IMG/VR virus record: IMGVR_UViG_3300046786_000124
Span: 1 to 38,237 of that record
Direction: 5' to 3' (one strand)
Source of the DNA: a virus
Taxonomy: Duplodnaviria; Caudoviricetes
Length of the DNA: 38,237 nt
In this document: positions 1 through 8,438 of the stretch, in pieces
How positions within the stretch are numbered: the first letter of the stretch is position 1
How the letters are laid out: each line of letters opens with the position of its first letter
The notes under the pieces: generated by a model
The model's input: only the letters and a program-made list of their open reading frames with translations
Databases searched by the model: none
Told to the model about the DNA's origin: nothing
Position numbers and translations under genes: made by a program

Positions 1-126
1 GTTCAATTACTTTTTAAGGCAACCAAATGAGTAGCAATTTAGGCGGTTTCATTTCGGCAACATTTAACCCGTTAGATGGTGTTGCGCCACCAACGGTTGA
101 ATATTTGGTTGTTGCGGGCGGTGGCG
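1..126. repeat. Terminal direct repeat, left copy (circular assembly overlap)
   Basis: 1-126 is identical to 38098-38223; the break falls at a tail-gene junction. Confidence 0.92.
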
Positions 127-890
127 GCGGCGGTTCACAAGCAAATGATTCATCCGGTGGCGGTGGTGGTGGCGGCGTTTTAACTGCAAATAATTTTTCT
201 GTAACTGCCGGAACAATTCTTACCGTAACGGTTGGCGCGGGCGGTGCGGGAAATTCAAGTACTGGAAATGGTAGCCAAGGTGCAAATTCTGTATTTAGTT
301 CTATAACCGCAACTGGTGGAGGATATGGTTCGGGTAGTTCAACGGGCGGTTCAGGCGGTTCGGGCGGTGGTGGCACGCAAGGCTCGGGAGGCGGTTCGGG
401 AACATCAGGACAAGGTTATGCCGGAGGTGGTTCAACTTGGGCCGCACCCGCTTACGGTTCTGGAGGCGGTGGCGGTGCGGGTTCAATCGGAGTTACAGGT
501 AGTAGTAGCGCCGGAAGTGGAAATGGTGGTGCGGGATTTTGTTCAACAATTACCGGACAATCTATTTTTTATGCGGGCGGCGGCGGCGGCGGTTCTTATA
601 CATCAGTTCTTGCTGGAATTGGTACGGCTGGTGGTGGTAATGGTGGCAATTTAACACCAACTTATCCAACCGCCGGAATTGCAAATACTGGTGGCGGTGG
701 CGGTGGTGGCGGTGGTAATGCCAGTACTGGTGCAACTTTAATAGGAAAATCAGGCGGTAGCGGTATTGTAATTATTCGCTATTCTGTAAGGCAAAATCCG
801 CCAACACTAACAAGCGGAAACCCGCAAATTAGTTATGCCGATGGCTACCAAATTTATACTTTCACTAGTTCCGGTTCAATTGTTTTCTAA
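27..890 (+). CDS. Glycine-rich virion/tail-associated protein (paralog 3 of 4)
   Basis: TVEYLVVAGGG start and GGSGIVIIRY...YTFTSSGSIVF end, shared with 1265, 35675 and 36576; lies in the tail-fibre region. Confidence 0.75.
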   Translation: MSSNLGGFISATFNPLDGVAPPTVEYLVVAGGGGGGSQANDSSGGGGGGGVLTANNFSVTAGTILTVTVGAGGAGNSSTGNGSQGANSVFSSITATGGGYGSGSSTGGSGGSGGGGTQGSGGGSGTSGQGYAGGGSTWAAPAYGSGGGGGAGSIGVTGSSSAGSGNGGAGFCSTITGQSIFYAGGGGGGSYTSVLAGIGTAGGGNGGNLTPTYPTAGIANTGGGGGGGGGNASTGATLIGKSGGSGIVIIRYSVRQNPPTLTSGNPQISYADGYQIYTFTSSGSIVF

Positions 891-900
891 GGAAAAAATC

Positions 901-1263
901 ATGGCACATTTTGCACATATTACAAACGGCGTTGTTGACCAAGTTATTGTTATTGATGCCGAAACATTGGCATTAGGACATTGGGGCGACCCCGCTGAAT
1001 GGGTACAAACATCCTACAACACCATTGGCGGCGTTCATACCCAAGGCGGCACACCGTTGCGCAAAAACTATGCGGGTATTGGTTATACATACGATGCCGA
1101 ACGCGATGCGTTTATTCCTCCAAAACCATTTGCATCATGGTTGCTAAATGAAGATACTTGCCTTTGGGATGCGCCAACGGCAATGCCTAATGATAGCAAG
1201 ATGTACACATGGAACGAAGAAACAACATCATGGGTTGAAGTTGTAATTCCTACAGGGGAATAA
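901..1263 (+). CDS. Conserved phage protein accompanying Gly-rich tail genes (possible fibre-associated protein)
   Basis: ATG at 901 after AAGGA RBS; MAHFA...WVQTSYN...LRKNYAGIGYTYD...FIPPKPFASW type sequence. Confidence 0.7.
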   Translation: MAHFAHITNGVVDQVIVIDAETLALGHWGDPAEWVQTSYNTIGGVHTQGGTPLRKNYAGIGYTYDAERDAFIPPKPFASWLLNEDTCLWDAPTAMPNDSKMYTWNEETTSWVEVVIPTGE

Positions 1264-1264
1264 T

Positions 1265-2107
1265 ATGCCGCAATATTCGGGAATTTGGACACTTAGCCAA
1301 GCATCCCAAGCAATCAAAGATAACAATTGGACAGGCTTGCCGCCTACTATTGTTGAATATTTGGTTGTTGCCGGCGGAGGCGGCGGTGCGGCTTATACTG
1401 CCGGTGGCGGCGGCGGCGGCGGTTTACGCGCAGGGTTTAGCGGGGTAATTCCTAATTCTGCTATTACGATAACAGTAGGCGCGGGCGGTGCGGCGGGTAC
1501 TACTTCTACATGGAAAGGTTCAAGTGGCCAAGATTCCGTATTTGGGTTAATAACTTCAACGGGCGGTGGCGGTGGAGGTTCTTTTAACGCTACTGTTAAT
1601 GGATTAAGTGGTGGTTCAGGTGGTGGCGGCTCTGATAATGGTTTTGCCGGTTCAGGAACATCAGGGCAAGGCAATGCGGGTGGTAATGGATTTTTTGGAA
1701 GTTTAAGCATTACCGCCGGTGGTGGTGGTGGCGGCGCGGGTGCAGTTGGTTTAAATGGCCAATCTAGTAATGGTGGAAGTGGCGGTTCAGGTGTTGCATT
1801 AGATATTTCAGGAACTAGAACGGCTTATTCTGGAGGCGGTGGTGGTAGTTCATCTAGCGCTTTTGGTGTAGGCGGCGCGGGCGGTGGCGGTTCAGGAAAT
1901 GGAACATCGGGTTCTGCTAATACCGGCGGCGGCGGCGGAAGTATTCAATCATCGGCAACAGGCGGCGCGGGCGGTTCGGGCATCGTAATCATCCGTTACC
2001 CCGATACATTTAATGCCGCAACAAGTACAACCGGTTCGCCAACTATTACGGTTAGTGGCGGCTATAGAATTTACAAATTTACCGCATCGGGTTCGATAAC
2101 CTTTTAA
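1265..2107 (+). CDS. Glycine-rich virion/tail-associated protein (paralog 4 of 4)
   Basis: Same conserved N- and C-terminal boundary motifs as the other three paralogs. Confidence 0.75.
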   Translation: MPQYSGIWTLSQASQAIKDNNWTGLPPTIVEYLVVAGGGGGAAYTAGGGGGGGLRAGFSGVIPNSAITITVGAGGAAGTTSTWKGSSGQDSVFGLITSTGGGGGGSFNATVNGLSGGSGGGGSDNGFAGSGTSGQGNAGGNGFFGSLSITAGGGGGGAGAVGLNGQSSNGGSGGSGVALDISGTRTAYSGGGGGSSSSAFGVGGAGGGGSGNGTSGSANTGGGGGSIQSSATGGAGGSGIVIIRYPDTFNAATSTTGSPTITVSGGYRIYKFTASGSITF

Positions 2108-2121
2108 ACACAATATAAGAT

Positions 2122-3186
2122 ATGACAAGAAAATTAAAGATAGCAGTTTACGCAATCAGCAAGAACGAAGAACAATTTGTAAATCGTTTTTGCGATTCCG
2201 CTAAAGATGCCGATGTAATCCTAATTGCGGATACCGGTTCTACCGATGCTACGGTTGCCCGCGCAATCGAAAACGGCGCGGTAGTTCACGATATTTGCGT
2301 TAGCCCTTGGCGCTTTGATAAAGCCCGCGATACCGCCTTGGCGTTGTTGCCGCGTGATATCGATGTTTGCATTAGCCTAGATTTAGATGAAGTATTAGAA
2401 CAAGGTTGGCGCGAAGAAATCGAACGCGTATGGCAAGAAAATACTACGCGCCTACGCTATAAATTCGATTGGGGTTGCGGCATTAGTTTCTTTTACGAAA
2501 AGATACATCACCGGCACGGCTACCATTGGCATCATCCGGTACATGAATACCCGCGGCCCGATGGCCGTATCCAAGAAGTTTATGCGCATACCGATATGCT
2601 ATTGGTTACGCATCTACCGGATAACACTAAATCGCGCGGCCAATATATGCCGTTATTGGAATTGGCGGTACGGGAGGACCCGCATTGCCCGCGTAACGCT
2701 TTCTACCATGCAAGGGAACTAACCTTCTATGCGCGTTGGCATGATGCCATTACGGCGTTAAAAAAGTACCTAGCAATGCCGGAAGCCAATTGGCAAAACG
2801 AACGATGCTATGCGATGCGTTTGTTAGGCAAATGCAATGATGAATTAGGCCAATCTGTAGAAGCCCATAAATGGTATCGCCTAGCAATTGCCGAAGCGCC
2901 TAATACCCGCGAACCTTGGTGCGAATTGGCTATGTTTGCGTATCGCCGTAATCTTTGGGTTGAATGCTATAGCGCGGCCAAATCATGTTTGGAAATCAAG
3001 GATAAGGCGTTGGTTTATACGATGGACCCCGAGGTATGGGGGGCGCGGCCTTGGGATTTGGCAAGCCTAGCCGCATGGCAATTGGGGTTAAAAGATGAGG
3101 CTACCCAACTTTTAGAAGAAGCCCTAAAATTAGCCCCCAACGATGAACGATTGAAAAACAATCTTCAACTAATGAAACCAACCTAA
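2122..3186 (+). CDS. Glycosyltransferase family 2 with C-terminal TPR-like repeats
   Basis: AISKNEE, ADTGSTDAT, FDKARD and DxD-type SLDLDE motifs; helical TPR-like C-terminal half. Confidence 0.85.
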   Translation: MTRKLKIAVYAISKNEEQFVNRFCDSAKDADVILIADTGSTDATVARAIENGAVVHDICVSPWRFDKARDTALALLPRDIDVCISLDLDEVLEQGWREEIERVWQENTTRLRYKFDWGCGISFFYEKIHHRHGYHWHHPVHEYPRPDGRIQEVYAHTDMLLVTHLPDNTKSRGQYMPLLELAVREDPHCPRNAFYHARELTFYARWHDAITALKKYLAMPEANWQNERCYAMRLLGKCNDELGQSVEAHKWYRLAIAEAPNTREPWCELAMFAYRRNLWVECYSAAKSCLEIKDKALVYTMDPEVWGARPWDLASLAAWQLGLKDEATQLLEEALKLAPNDERLKNNLQLMKPT

Positions 3187-3196
3187 CGGTAACGCC

Positions 3197-3367
3197 ATGA
3201 ATGAAACGGATGCCCGCCTAAATAGCCATGAAGCGGTTTGCGCATTGCGCTATGAACAGATAAACGCCCGCCTAAAGCGTTTGGAAGGCATCTTAATCAA
3301 GGCTTCCGGCATCATGCTTTGCGGCATGGCCGGCGTTATTTGGGTATCTTTAATCAAGGTTGGCTAA
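3197..3367 (+). CDS. 56-aa membrane protein, coiled coil plus C-terminal TM (holin-like); not in the ORF track
   Basis: Hand translation MNETDARLNSHEAVCALRYEQINARLKRLEGILIKASGIMLCGMAGVIWVSLIKVG; fills the gap between neighbouring genes. Confidence 0.65.
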   Translation: MNETDARLNSHEAVCALRYEQINARLKRLEGILIKASGIMLCGMAGVIWVSLIKVG

Positions 3368-3368
3368 C

Positions 3369-4088
3369 ATGGTTACGGCTAAGAAAACCGTTAAACCGCC
3401 CGCCAAAGTAGCACCGGTTAAACGATCTATTCCAAAGCCTAAAGCGGAACCAAAACCCAAACCGCAACCTAAAGTTGTTCCTAAACAACAAACGAATGTA
3501 GATAAGGTTATCGGCCTTATTCAATGGGTAGATAACCCGTTTAAGTTGTTTACGGTAATCCTTCTTTCTTTCCTATTCTTTGCCGGTTACTTTGCTTGGG
3601 ATTCGCGCCAAGTAATCCTACACGCCATAACAACGCATGAAAATATGCCGCAATTGGCTAAACAGGAAGATTTAATACCGCCGGCGCAATCATTACTTAA
3701 AGATGTTGATGGCATTATTTTGTTGGTACACAAAGCCAACTTGGCTACCAATTCCCGAACAACGGTTCTAGCGCTTAACGGCGATGGAACGCGGGAAAAG
3801 AAAATAGAAGGTACGGTTACATCGTTGTTTAACGCAAGCGCCGATAGAAATAGCGCTATGGTTGCCATGCTAAACGGCGAAGTAATTTGCGAAGATTTCA
3901 ACCCATCATCCAAGGTAGGCGAATGGGGCGCTAAACAGGGCGTAAAGTTTATTTGCCGCGGTAGCATCCCGCCCGATATGGGTAAGTTTGCCGGCTATGT
4001 AGCCATTGGGTTTAAAGATAAAGTAGAAGATATAGCCGCGCTTAAAACGCGAATTAACCTAGCCGCAACGGATATGGCGGATGAATGA
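3369..4088 (+). CDS. Single-TM membrane protein with large C-terminal domain; possible T4 T-like (class III) holin
   Basis: Lys/Pro-rich N-terminus, one TM (LFTVILLSFLFFAGYFAW), ~160-aa C-domain; in the lysis region; ATG at 3369. Confidence 0.5.
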   Translation: MVTAKKTVKPPAKVAPVKRSIPKPKAEPKPKPQPKVVPKQQTNVDKVIGLIQWVDNPFKLFTVILLSFLFFAGYFAWDSRQVILHAITTHENMPQLAKQEDLIPPAQSLLKDVDGIILLVHKANLATNSRTTVLALNGDGTREKKIEGTVTSLFNASADRNSAMVAMLNGEVICEDFNPSSKVGEWGAKQGVKFICRGSIPPDMGKFAGYVAIGFKDKVEDIAALKTRINLAATDMADE

Positions 4089-4369
4089 AATGGTTTCTTG
4101 TTGGCGCTTTGGCCGCATGGTTGTATGTTTCTGCGCAATCAAGATGCGTAGTTAATGATTTCTATGCGATAAGTTGGATGGGCAACCCTAGCGATAGGCA
4201 CCAACAACTTTCATTATGGCTAACAACTAACGGCAATAGTTGTTCATCGGAACAACTTGTTATTATTTGGAACAACCTTGCCATGTGGGCCGGAACCGCC
4301 GATAGTTCCGAACTACGAAGCAAGATTTTGCATTACTACGCGAAAGCAATGGAAAGGGAAAAGAAGTGA
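4085..4369 (+). CDS. Small exported protein with signal peptide and two Cys; possible antiholin
   Basis: MKWFLVGALAAWLYVSA signal-like N-terminus; ATGA overlap with the upstream gene. Confidence 0.45.
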   Translation: MKWFLVGALAAWLYVSAQSRCVVNDFYAISWMGNPSDRHQQLSLWLTTNGNSCSSEQLVIIWNNLAMWAGTADSSELRSKILHYYAKAMEREKK

Positions 4370-4605
4370 TTTCCCTACACAAATGGTATCCGTTTGTTCA
4401 TCCAAGGCCCTTTGATGTTCAAACCATTGCGTTGGAAAAGCGCGCGGAACGGTTAGATAATGAATACCGTTTAGAAGTTAAAGCACAAAAAGTTAGGGAA
4501 GCCGTAGAAGCCTACGATTTAGAACTTTACAACAAGCGGGCGCGGCAAAATACGGTTGAACTAGAAGTATTTAGGGATACCAAAAGATTTCAAGTTTTAG
4601 TTTAA
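4366..4605 (+). CDS. Hypothetical charged helical protein (79 aa)
   Basis: GTGA overlap with the upstream stop, GGGAAAAG RBS; fills the operon. Confidence 0.55.
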   Translation: MISLHKWYPFVHPRPFDVQTIALEKRAERLDNEYRLEVKAQKVREAVEAYDLELYNKRARQNTVELEVFRDTKRFQVLV

Positions 4606-4615
4606 GGGGATACAA

Positions 4616-5119
4616 ATGGATTGGTTAAAAACTATTGCGCCTACGATTGCTACCGCTATGGGCGGCCCGTTGGCCGGCATGGCCGTAGATGCCATTGGTA
4701 GCGCCCTTGGAATGAAGGATGCAACCAAAGAACAAGTTAAAGATTTGCTTGCAAGCGGAACCCTAACAAGCGATCAAATGGCAAGCATTAAACAGGCGGA
4801 TGCAACGCTAAAAGTTCGTATGAAAGAACTTGAAATCGATATGGAAAAGGTACACGCCGGCGATCGGAATTCTGCTCGTGAAATGGCGGCGCGAACGGGG
4901 GATGTATGGACGCCGCGGATTATGGCGTTGGTTGTATTTATTGTTTGGGGCGCGGTTAACTACAAGTTGTTTAACGGCACAATTAACGGCGATATGCGCG
5001 AACTAGTTGCGCGCGCCTTGGGAACTTTAGATGCGGTTCTAATGGCGGTAATTTATTACTACTACGGTTCATCATCTAGTAGTGCGGCAAAAACCGAAGC
5101 AATGGCGGGGAAAAAATGA
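4616..5119 (+). CDS. Putative holin-like membrane protein
   Basis: APTIATAMGGPLAGMA N-terminus, two C-terminal TM segments ending YYYGSSSSS; immediately upstream of the endolysin. Confidence 0.65.
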   Translation: MDWLKTIAPTIATAMGGPLAGMAVDAIGSALGMKDATKEQVKDLLASGTLTSDQMASIKQADATLKVRMKELEIDMEKVHAGDRNSAREMAARTGDVWTPRIMALVVFIVWGAVNYKLFNGTINGDMRELVARALGTLDAVLMAVIYYYYGSSSSSAAKTEAMAGKK

Positions 5120-5544
5120 AATTAACCGAACACTTTTCGTTAGAAGAACTAACGCATACCGATCACCGCGAATTGGATAACACGCCAAACGATGCGGAAT
5201 TGGCTAACCTAACGCGCCTAGCGGAATTCCTAGAAGAAGTTAAAACGGTTCTTGGCGGCAAACCTATTATGGTTAATTCTGCTTTCCGTTCTAAGGCGGT
5301 TAACGATGCGGTTGGAAGCAAAGATACATCGCAACACCGCGTAGGTTGCGCGGCGGATTTGCGGGTTCCAGGAATGGTTCCGGATGAAGTTGTTAAAACA
5401 ATCATCGCAAGCGAGTTGGGCTACGATCAGATAATCCGCGAATTTGATCGATGGACGCATATAAGCATACCGAACGAAGCCGCCCGCGCACCCCGTAAAC
5501 AGGCTTTGATTATTGATAAACAGGGTACGCGCGTTTACGCCTAA
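5116..5544 (+). CDS. Endolysin, peptidase M15A family
   Basis: LTEHFSLEEL, NSAFRS, SQH..GCAAD and WTHIS zinc-peptidase motifs. Confidence 0.88.
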   Translation: MKLTEHFSLEELTHTDHRELDNTPNDAELANLTRLAEFLEEVKTVLGGKPIMVNSAFRSKAVNDAVGSKDTSQHRVGCAADLRVPGMVPDEVVKTIIASELGYDQIIREFDRWTHISIPNEAARAPRKQALIIDKQGTRVYA

Positions 5545-5846
5545 ACTTCTTTAACAAAGATGCCTTCTTTGTTTAGATAGCCCTTGCGGTTTTTGATTTC
5601 ATCATATGCGCCTTTAAGGCATTCAACCAAATCTAAATCGGCGCAAGCGCAACCCATGATTAGCGTAACTAGGATATCGCCGTAGGCATCTTTCATTGCG
5701 GCTATATCTTGTTTGGATATTGCTTCAAACAATTCGTTTAGTTCTTCTTGGGTTTTGATTGCTTGCGCGTAAGGCGTACTATTTTGTACGATGCCGCGCG
5801 CTTCGCCCCATTGAATAACCGAAATTTCTGTATTTGCGTAACTCAT
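5541..5846 (-). CDS. MazG-like nucleotide pyrophosphohydrolase
   Basis: EELNEL...DAYGDILVTL...AYDEIKNRKG pattern. Confidence 0.8.
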   Translation of the reverse strand: MSYANTEISVIQWGEARGIVQNSTPYAQAIKTQEELNELFEAISKQDIAAMKDAYGDILVTLIMGCACADLDLVECLKGAYDEIKNRKGYLNKEGIFVKEV

Positions 5847-6337
5847 GCCGTTTCCCTATCAAACCGTGAATTCATAACTTGTTGTAAATCGAAGTAATCT
5901 TTAAAACATTCGCTAAAAAATACTTGTTGTTCGCTAAACCCGATTAGCGTTCTATCAAATACAAACGCCTTCTTAGGCAATTGCATTTCGCCGCGGATGT
6001 ACTTAACCGCCTTGCTTGTAACGCGCCAAAGGCCCGAACCTTTTACATCTTTATTATCGTTGGGGTAGTTTTCAATTAGCCCCCAATAGCGCAGATTTGT
6101 AAAACTTTTTGCCCGCATGAATTCGCGCGGCGCGGCGCTTGGCATGTGGACCCAACCCTCTTTATCGCCATTTACAAAAATCCAAACCAAAGCCTTGGCA
6201 TCCGTTTTGGTAATTGAATAGCCGTTGTACTTACCGTATCTTTTGCAACAGGGGCAATCGCCGCCTTCGCCTTGTAGAACTTTCAAATAATCTTTGCGTA
6301 TCTTGGCTAAATATTCTTGTTCAAATAGATCGTTCAT
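5843..6337 (-). CDS. Hypothetical protein with CPCC motif (possible Zn/winged-helix)
   Basis: ORF with TAGGA RBS and ATGA overlap with the next gene. Confidence 0.6.
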   Translation of the reverse strand: MNDLFEQEYLAKIRKDYLKVLQGEGGDCPCCKRYGKYNGYSITKTDAKALVWIFVNGDKEGWVHMPSAAPREFMRAKSFTNLRYWGLIENYPNDNKDVKGSGLWRVTSKAVKYIRGEMQLPKKAFVFDRTLIGFSEQQVFFSECFKDYFDLQQVMNSRFDRETA

Positions 6338-6406
6338 TTTGTAGTTTCCTATAAGGCGGGGCTACTAGCGTTCGTCCGGCATTACTGCCCGCGTTCGCCC
6401 CTTTAT

Positions 6407-6655
6407 TTAGAATGGGATATCTTCATCTATATCGGGCATCGCCGGAGCGGCTTGGCGTTGCGGTGTACGCGGTTCAAGCGGCGGTTTAGCGCTTAACCAA
6501 CCATCCCAACTAACGGGGATGTTATCGATTTTTAGGCTAATGCCTTGTTGGCCTTTATCCCAAAGCGTACCTACCTTGGCAAAGCGCTTTTTGTTGTTGC
6601 CTTGCGCATCGGTGTATTCGCCAACTACGGCGATCAAATCTAGTTTATTGGACAT
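6407..6655 (-). CDS. ssb: Small single-stranded DNA-binding protein
   Basis: Beta-rich OB-like body with acidic tail DIDEDIPF; next to the recombinase/exonuclease pair. Confidence 0.7.
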   Translation of the reverse strand: MSNKLDLIAVVGEYTDAQGNNKKRFAKVGTLWDKGQQGISLKIDNIPVSWDGWLSAKPPLEPRTPQRQAAPAMPDIDEDIPF

Positions 6656-7277
6656 GGTTCAATCTTTCATTCAGTTTAAAAATCTTTGCATCAAGTTCTT
6701 CTAAAAACTTAACAATTTCCGCGGCAAGCATTTCCGCATATTCCGCATCATATTCAACGCGTTTAACAAACAATTGCAATCCGTTTGGTAATCGGGGATC
6801 AAACGATACAAAATCACACCATGCGCGGCGCGTACAGGCCATTTGCCATTGCATTTGGGTAAAGTATTTGGTTGGTACTTGATTGTTCAACAATGTATCG
6901 ATATGGGTAGCCGTATTTGGGCATTTGATCTCGATCTGTCCATCCAAGCCTACCAACCCATCGGGCGAAGCGCCGGCGCGTTCAATGATGGGATGCGGAA
7001 CATACCCTACTTCATCTACCAAAACATCCGCAAACGATTCATACGCGGCGCGGGCCAATGGTTCCGTTTCCGTACCCCATTGCATAGCCGCATTGCTATA
7101 CGATTCCGCTACGGTGTTCGTCATCCGTTCGCAGATCAATTGCGCCATGTAGTTTTCACGCGATGCCGAATAGCCGCTTTTAGTTTTAGCGATTACATCC
7201 GCAACGCGGGATGCCGTTACATTCCCTAGCCGCGCGGCAAACCATTCCGGCGTACCTTGTTCCATCTTTTCGATCAT
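6645..7277 (-). CDS. YqaJ/lambda-exonuclease family recombination nuclease
   Basis: QGTPEWFAARLG.VTAS, GASPDGLV, EIKCP and QMQWQM motifs. Confidence 0.9.
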   Translation of the reverse strand: MIEKMEQGTPEWFAARLGNVTASRVADVIAKTKSGYSASRENYMAQLICERMTNTVAESYSNAAMQWGTETEPLARAAYESFADVLVDEVGYVPHPIIERAGASPDGLVGLDGQIEIKCPNTATHIDTLLNNQVPTKYFTQMQWQMACTRRAWCDFVSFDPRLPNGLQLFVKRVEYDAEYAEMLAAEIVKFLEELDAKIFKLNERLNHVQ

Positions 7278-7822
7278 AGTTTGGCCTTTACTTTATCTTT
7301 AACCGCAATAACTTTTTTCTGCCAATCCGTATTACCGTTGCAAGCGGCGTAGGCGGCTTTGTAGGCTTTCTTTAAACCATCTTCATCGGTAGCGCTTTCG
7401 ATGGCCGCCAAGTGATCCGCAAGGGCGCTTTCATCTACGCCTTTGGCCGGTATAGTTGCCAACGCGCCATCATCATCTTCGGGGGCTATGCCGCAAGCGG
7501 CCATAAGGGAACCGCGGCGGGCATAAGTTAACGCACTCATATACGCCGGCGGATCATTCTTTACAACCGGAAATTGCAAGATGCCGCATTCAAGCATTTC
7601 GCCGGATTCATGTACGAAAACGGTTTCTACCATGATGCCGCCAACGCAATCATAGGATTTCTGTACAAGCGCAATGCCGTTATTGTTTAGGGCATCTATA
7701 ACCGCTTCAACGCAAGCGGCTAGATCGGCATACTTGTTTTTGAAATGCGGGTTGTAGGCGTTCTTTAAAGCCGGTGCAAATGCCTTTTGGGCTTGCACTA
7801 AGGCGGTTGCAATATGTTTCAT
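7274..7822 (-). CDS. erf: ERF-family single-strand annealing protein
   Basis: NPHFKNKYADL and SALTYARR...GIAPEDDDG motifs. Confidence 0.85.
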   Translation of the reverse strand: MKHIATALVQAQKAFAPALKNAYNPHFKNKYADLAACVEAVIDALNNNGIALVQKSYDCVGGIMVETVFVHESGEMLECGILQFPVVKNDPPAYMSALTYARRGSLMAACGIAPEDDDGALATIPAKGVDESALADHLAAIESATDEDGLKKAYKAAYAACNGNTDWQKKVIAVKDKVKAKL

Positions 7823-8010
7823 TCTGCGGTTTCCAAATAGTTACTAAGGCGTTTGATTCGATCCGCATGGTAATCACTCATGCGCTTGGCGTATTCCATG
7901 CCGCTTTGCGCATCTAGGAACCGGCGCTTGGCTTCTTCAAGTTCTTTAGCCGCAAGTTCTTTGGGCGATGGCAATTGCCAAAGGGATTGGAAGCGTTCAA
8001 TAAAGTTCAT
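7819..8010 (-). CDS. Hypothetical protein (63 aa)
   Basis: Better start is ATG 8010 (MNFIERFQ) after GGAGGGG RBS; ATGA overlap with erf. Confidence 0.65.
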   Translation of the reverse strand: MNFIERFQSLWQLPSPKELAAKELEEAKRRFLDAQSGMEYAKRMSDYHADRIKRLSNYLETAE

Positions 8011-8012
8011 GC

Positions 8013-8105
8013 TTAACCCCTCCAAGCCAACAATACGCCCCAACCGCCAAAGATAACAATGGCTAATGCGCATTCAATTAAAGTTGTAATGATTTTGTGT
8101 TTCAT
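8013..8105 (-). CDS. 30-aa membrane peptide; not in the ORF track
   Basis: MKHKIITTLIECALAIVIFGGWGVLLAWRG with AAAGGA RBS. Confidence 0.55.
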   Translation of the reverse strand: MKHKIITTLIECALAIVIFGGWGVLLAWRG

Positions 8106-8120
8106 GTTTTGTCCTTTGAT

Positions 8121-8134
8121 GGGGCCGTAGCCCC
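8121..8134 (-). other. RNA hairpin GGGGC-UACG-GCCCC (UNCG tetraloop), no U-tract
   Basis: Perfect 5-bp stem just downstream of the 8142-8303 stop. Confidence 0.6.
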
Positions 8135-8141
8135 GTTTAAT

Positions 8142-8303
8142 TTAGATTGATTTTTTGAAGGTGCGCAACATGGCTTTGAATTCTTTTGAATCGGGGGTCA
8201 TGTTGGAATAAATTACATTGCCGTTTGTGTCTAAACGCATCATGCAAGTGAATGCGCCATAAACTACAAAGCCTGAAGATGTTTTGATTACTGAGCGTGT
8301 CAT
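8142..8303 (-). CDS. 53-aa early protein with its own promoter; not in the ORF track
   Basis: MTRSVIKTSSGFVVYGAFTCMMRLDTNGNVIYSNMTPDSKEFKAMLRTFKKSI, purine-rich RBS, bracketed by a promoter and a hairpin. Confidence 0.65.
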   Translation of the reverse strand: MTRSVIKTSSGFVVYGAFTCMMRLDTNGNVIYSNMTPDSKEFKAMLRTFKKSI

Positions 8304-8349
8304 TTTGGTTTCTTTCTAAAAGTCCGCAAGATGTTTGCGGCATGGGTGA

Positions 8350-8377
8350 ATTATAAGCCAACTAATACAGATGTCAA
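8350..8377 (-). promoter_or_regulatory. Leftward sigma70 promoter with overlapping operator
   Basis: TTGACA-16 nt-TATAAT; palindrome TATAAG-N4-CTAATA at 8352-8367. Confidence 0.85.
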
Positions 8378-8413
8378 CAACTTTTTAAAATTATTTTCTA
8401 GGTAGTTTCCCTA

Positions 8414-8431
8414 GGGGGGCTTTCGCCCCCC
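8414..8431. terminator. GC hairpin GGGGGGC-GAAA-GCCCCCC on the minus strand; possible terminator or stabiliser
   Basis: 7-bp stem directly after the 8439 stop; a T-rich tail is present only on the plus strand. Confidence 0.55.
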
Positions 8432-8438
8432 CGCTTTC

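Noticed and set aside
14-1710. Pro-rich minus-strand ORFs (14-376, 1393-1710; also 36659-36892)
   Set aside because: Antisense shadows of poly-Gly codons
5541-5846. MazG-like gene as part of a base-substitution pathway (e.g. Z-DNA)
   Set aside because: No PurZ, dATPase or phage DNA polymerase is recognisable in the genome
8137-8361. Track ORFs 8137-8361 and the 5' extension of 8439-8705 (both starting MAYN)
   Set aside because: They start inside the promoter repeat; the RBS-supported genes are 8142-8303 and 8439-8648
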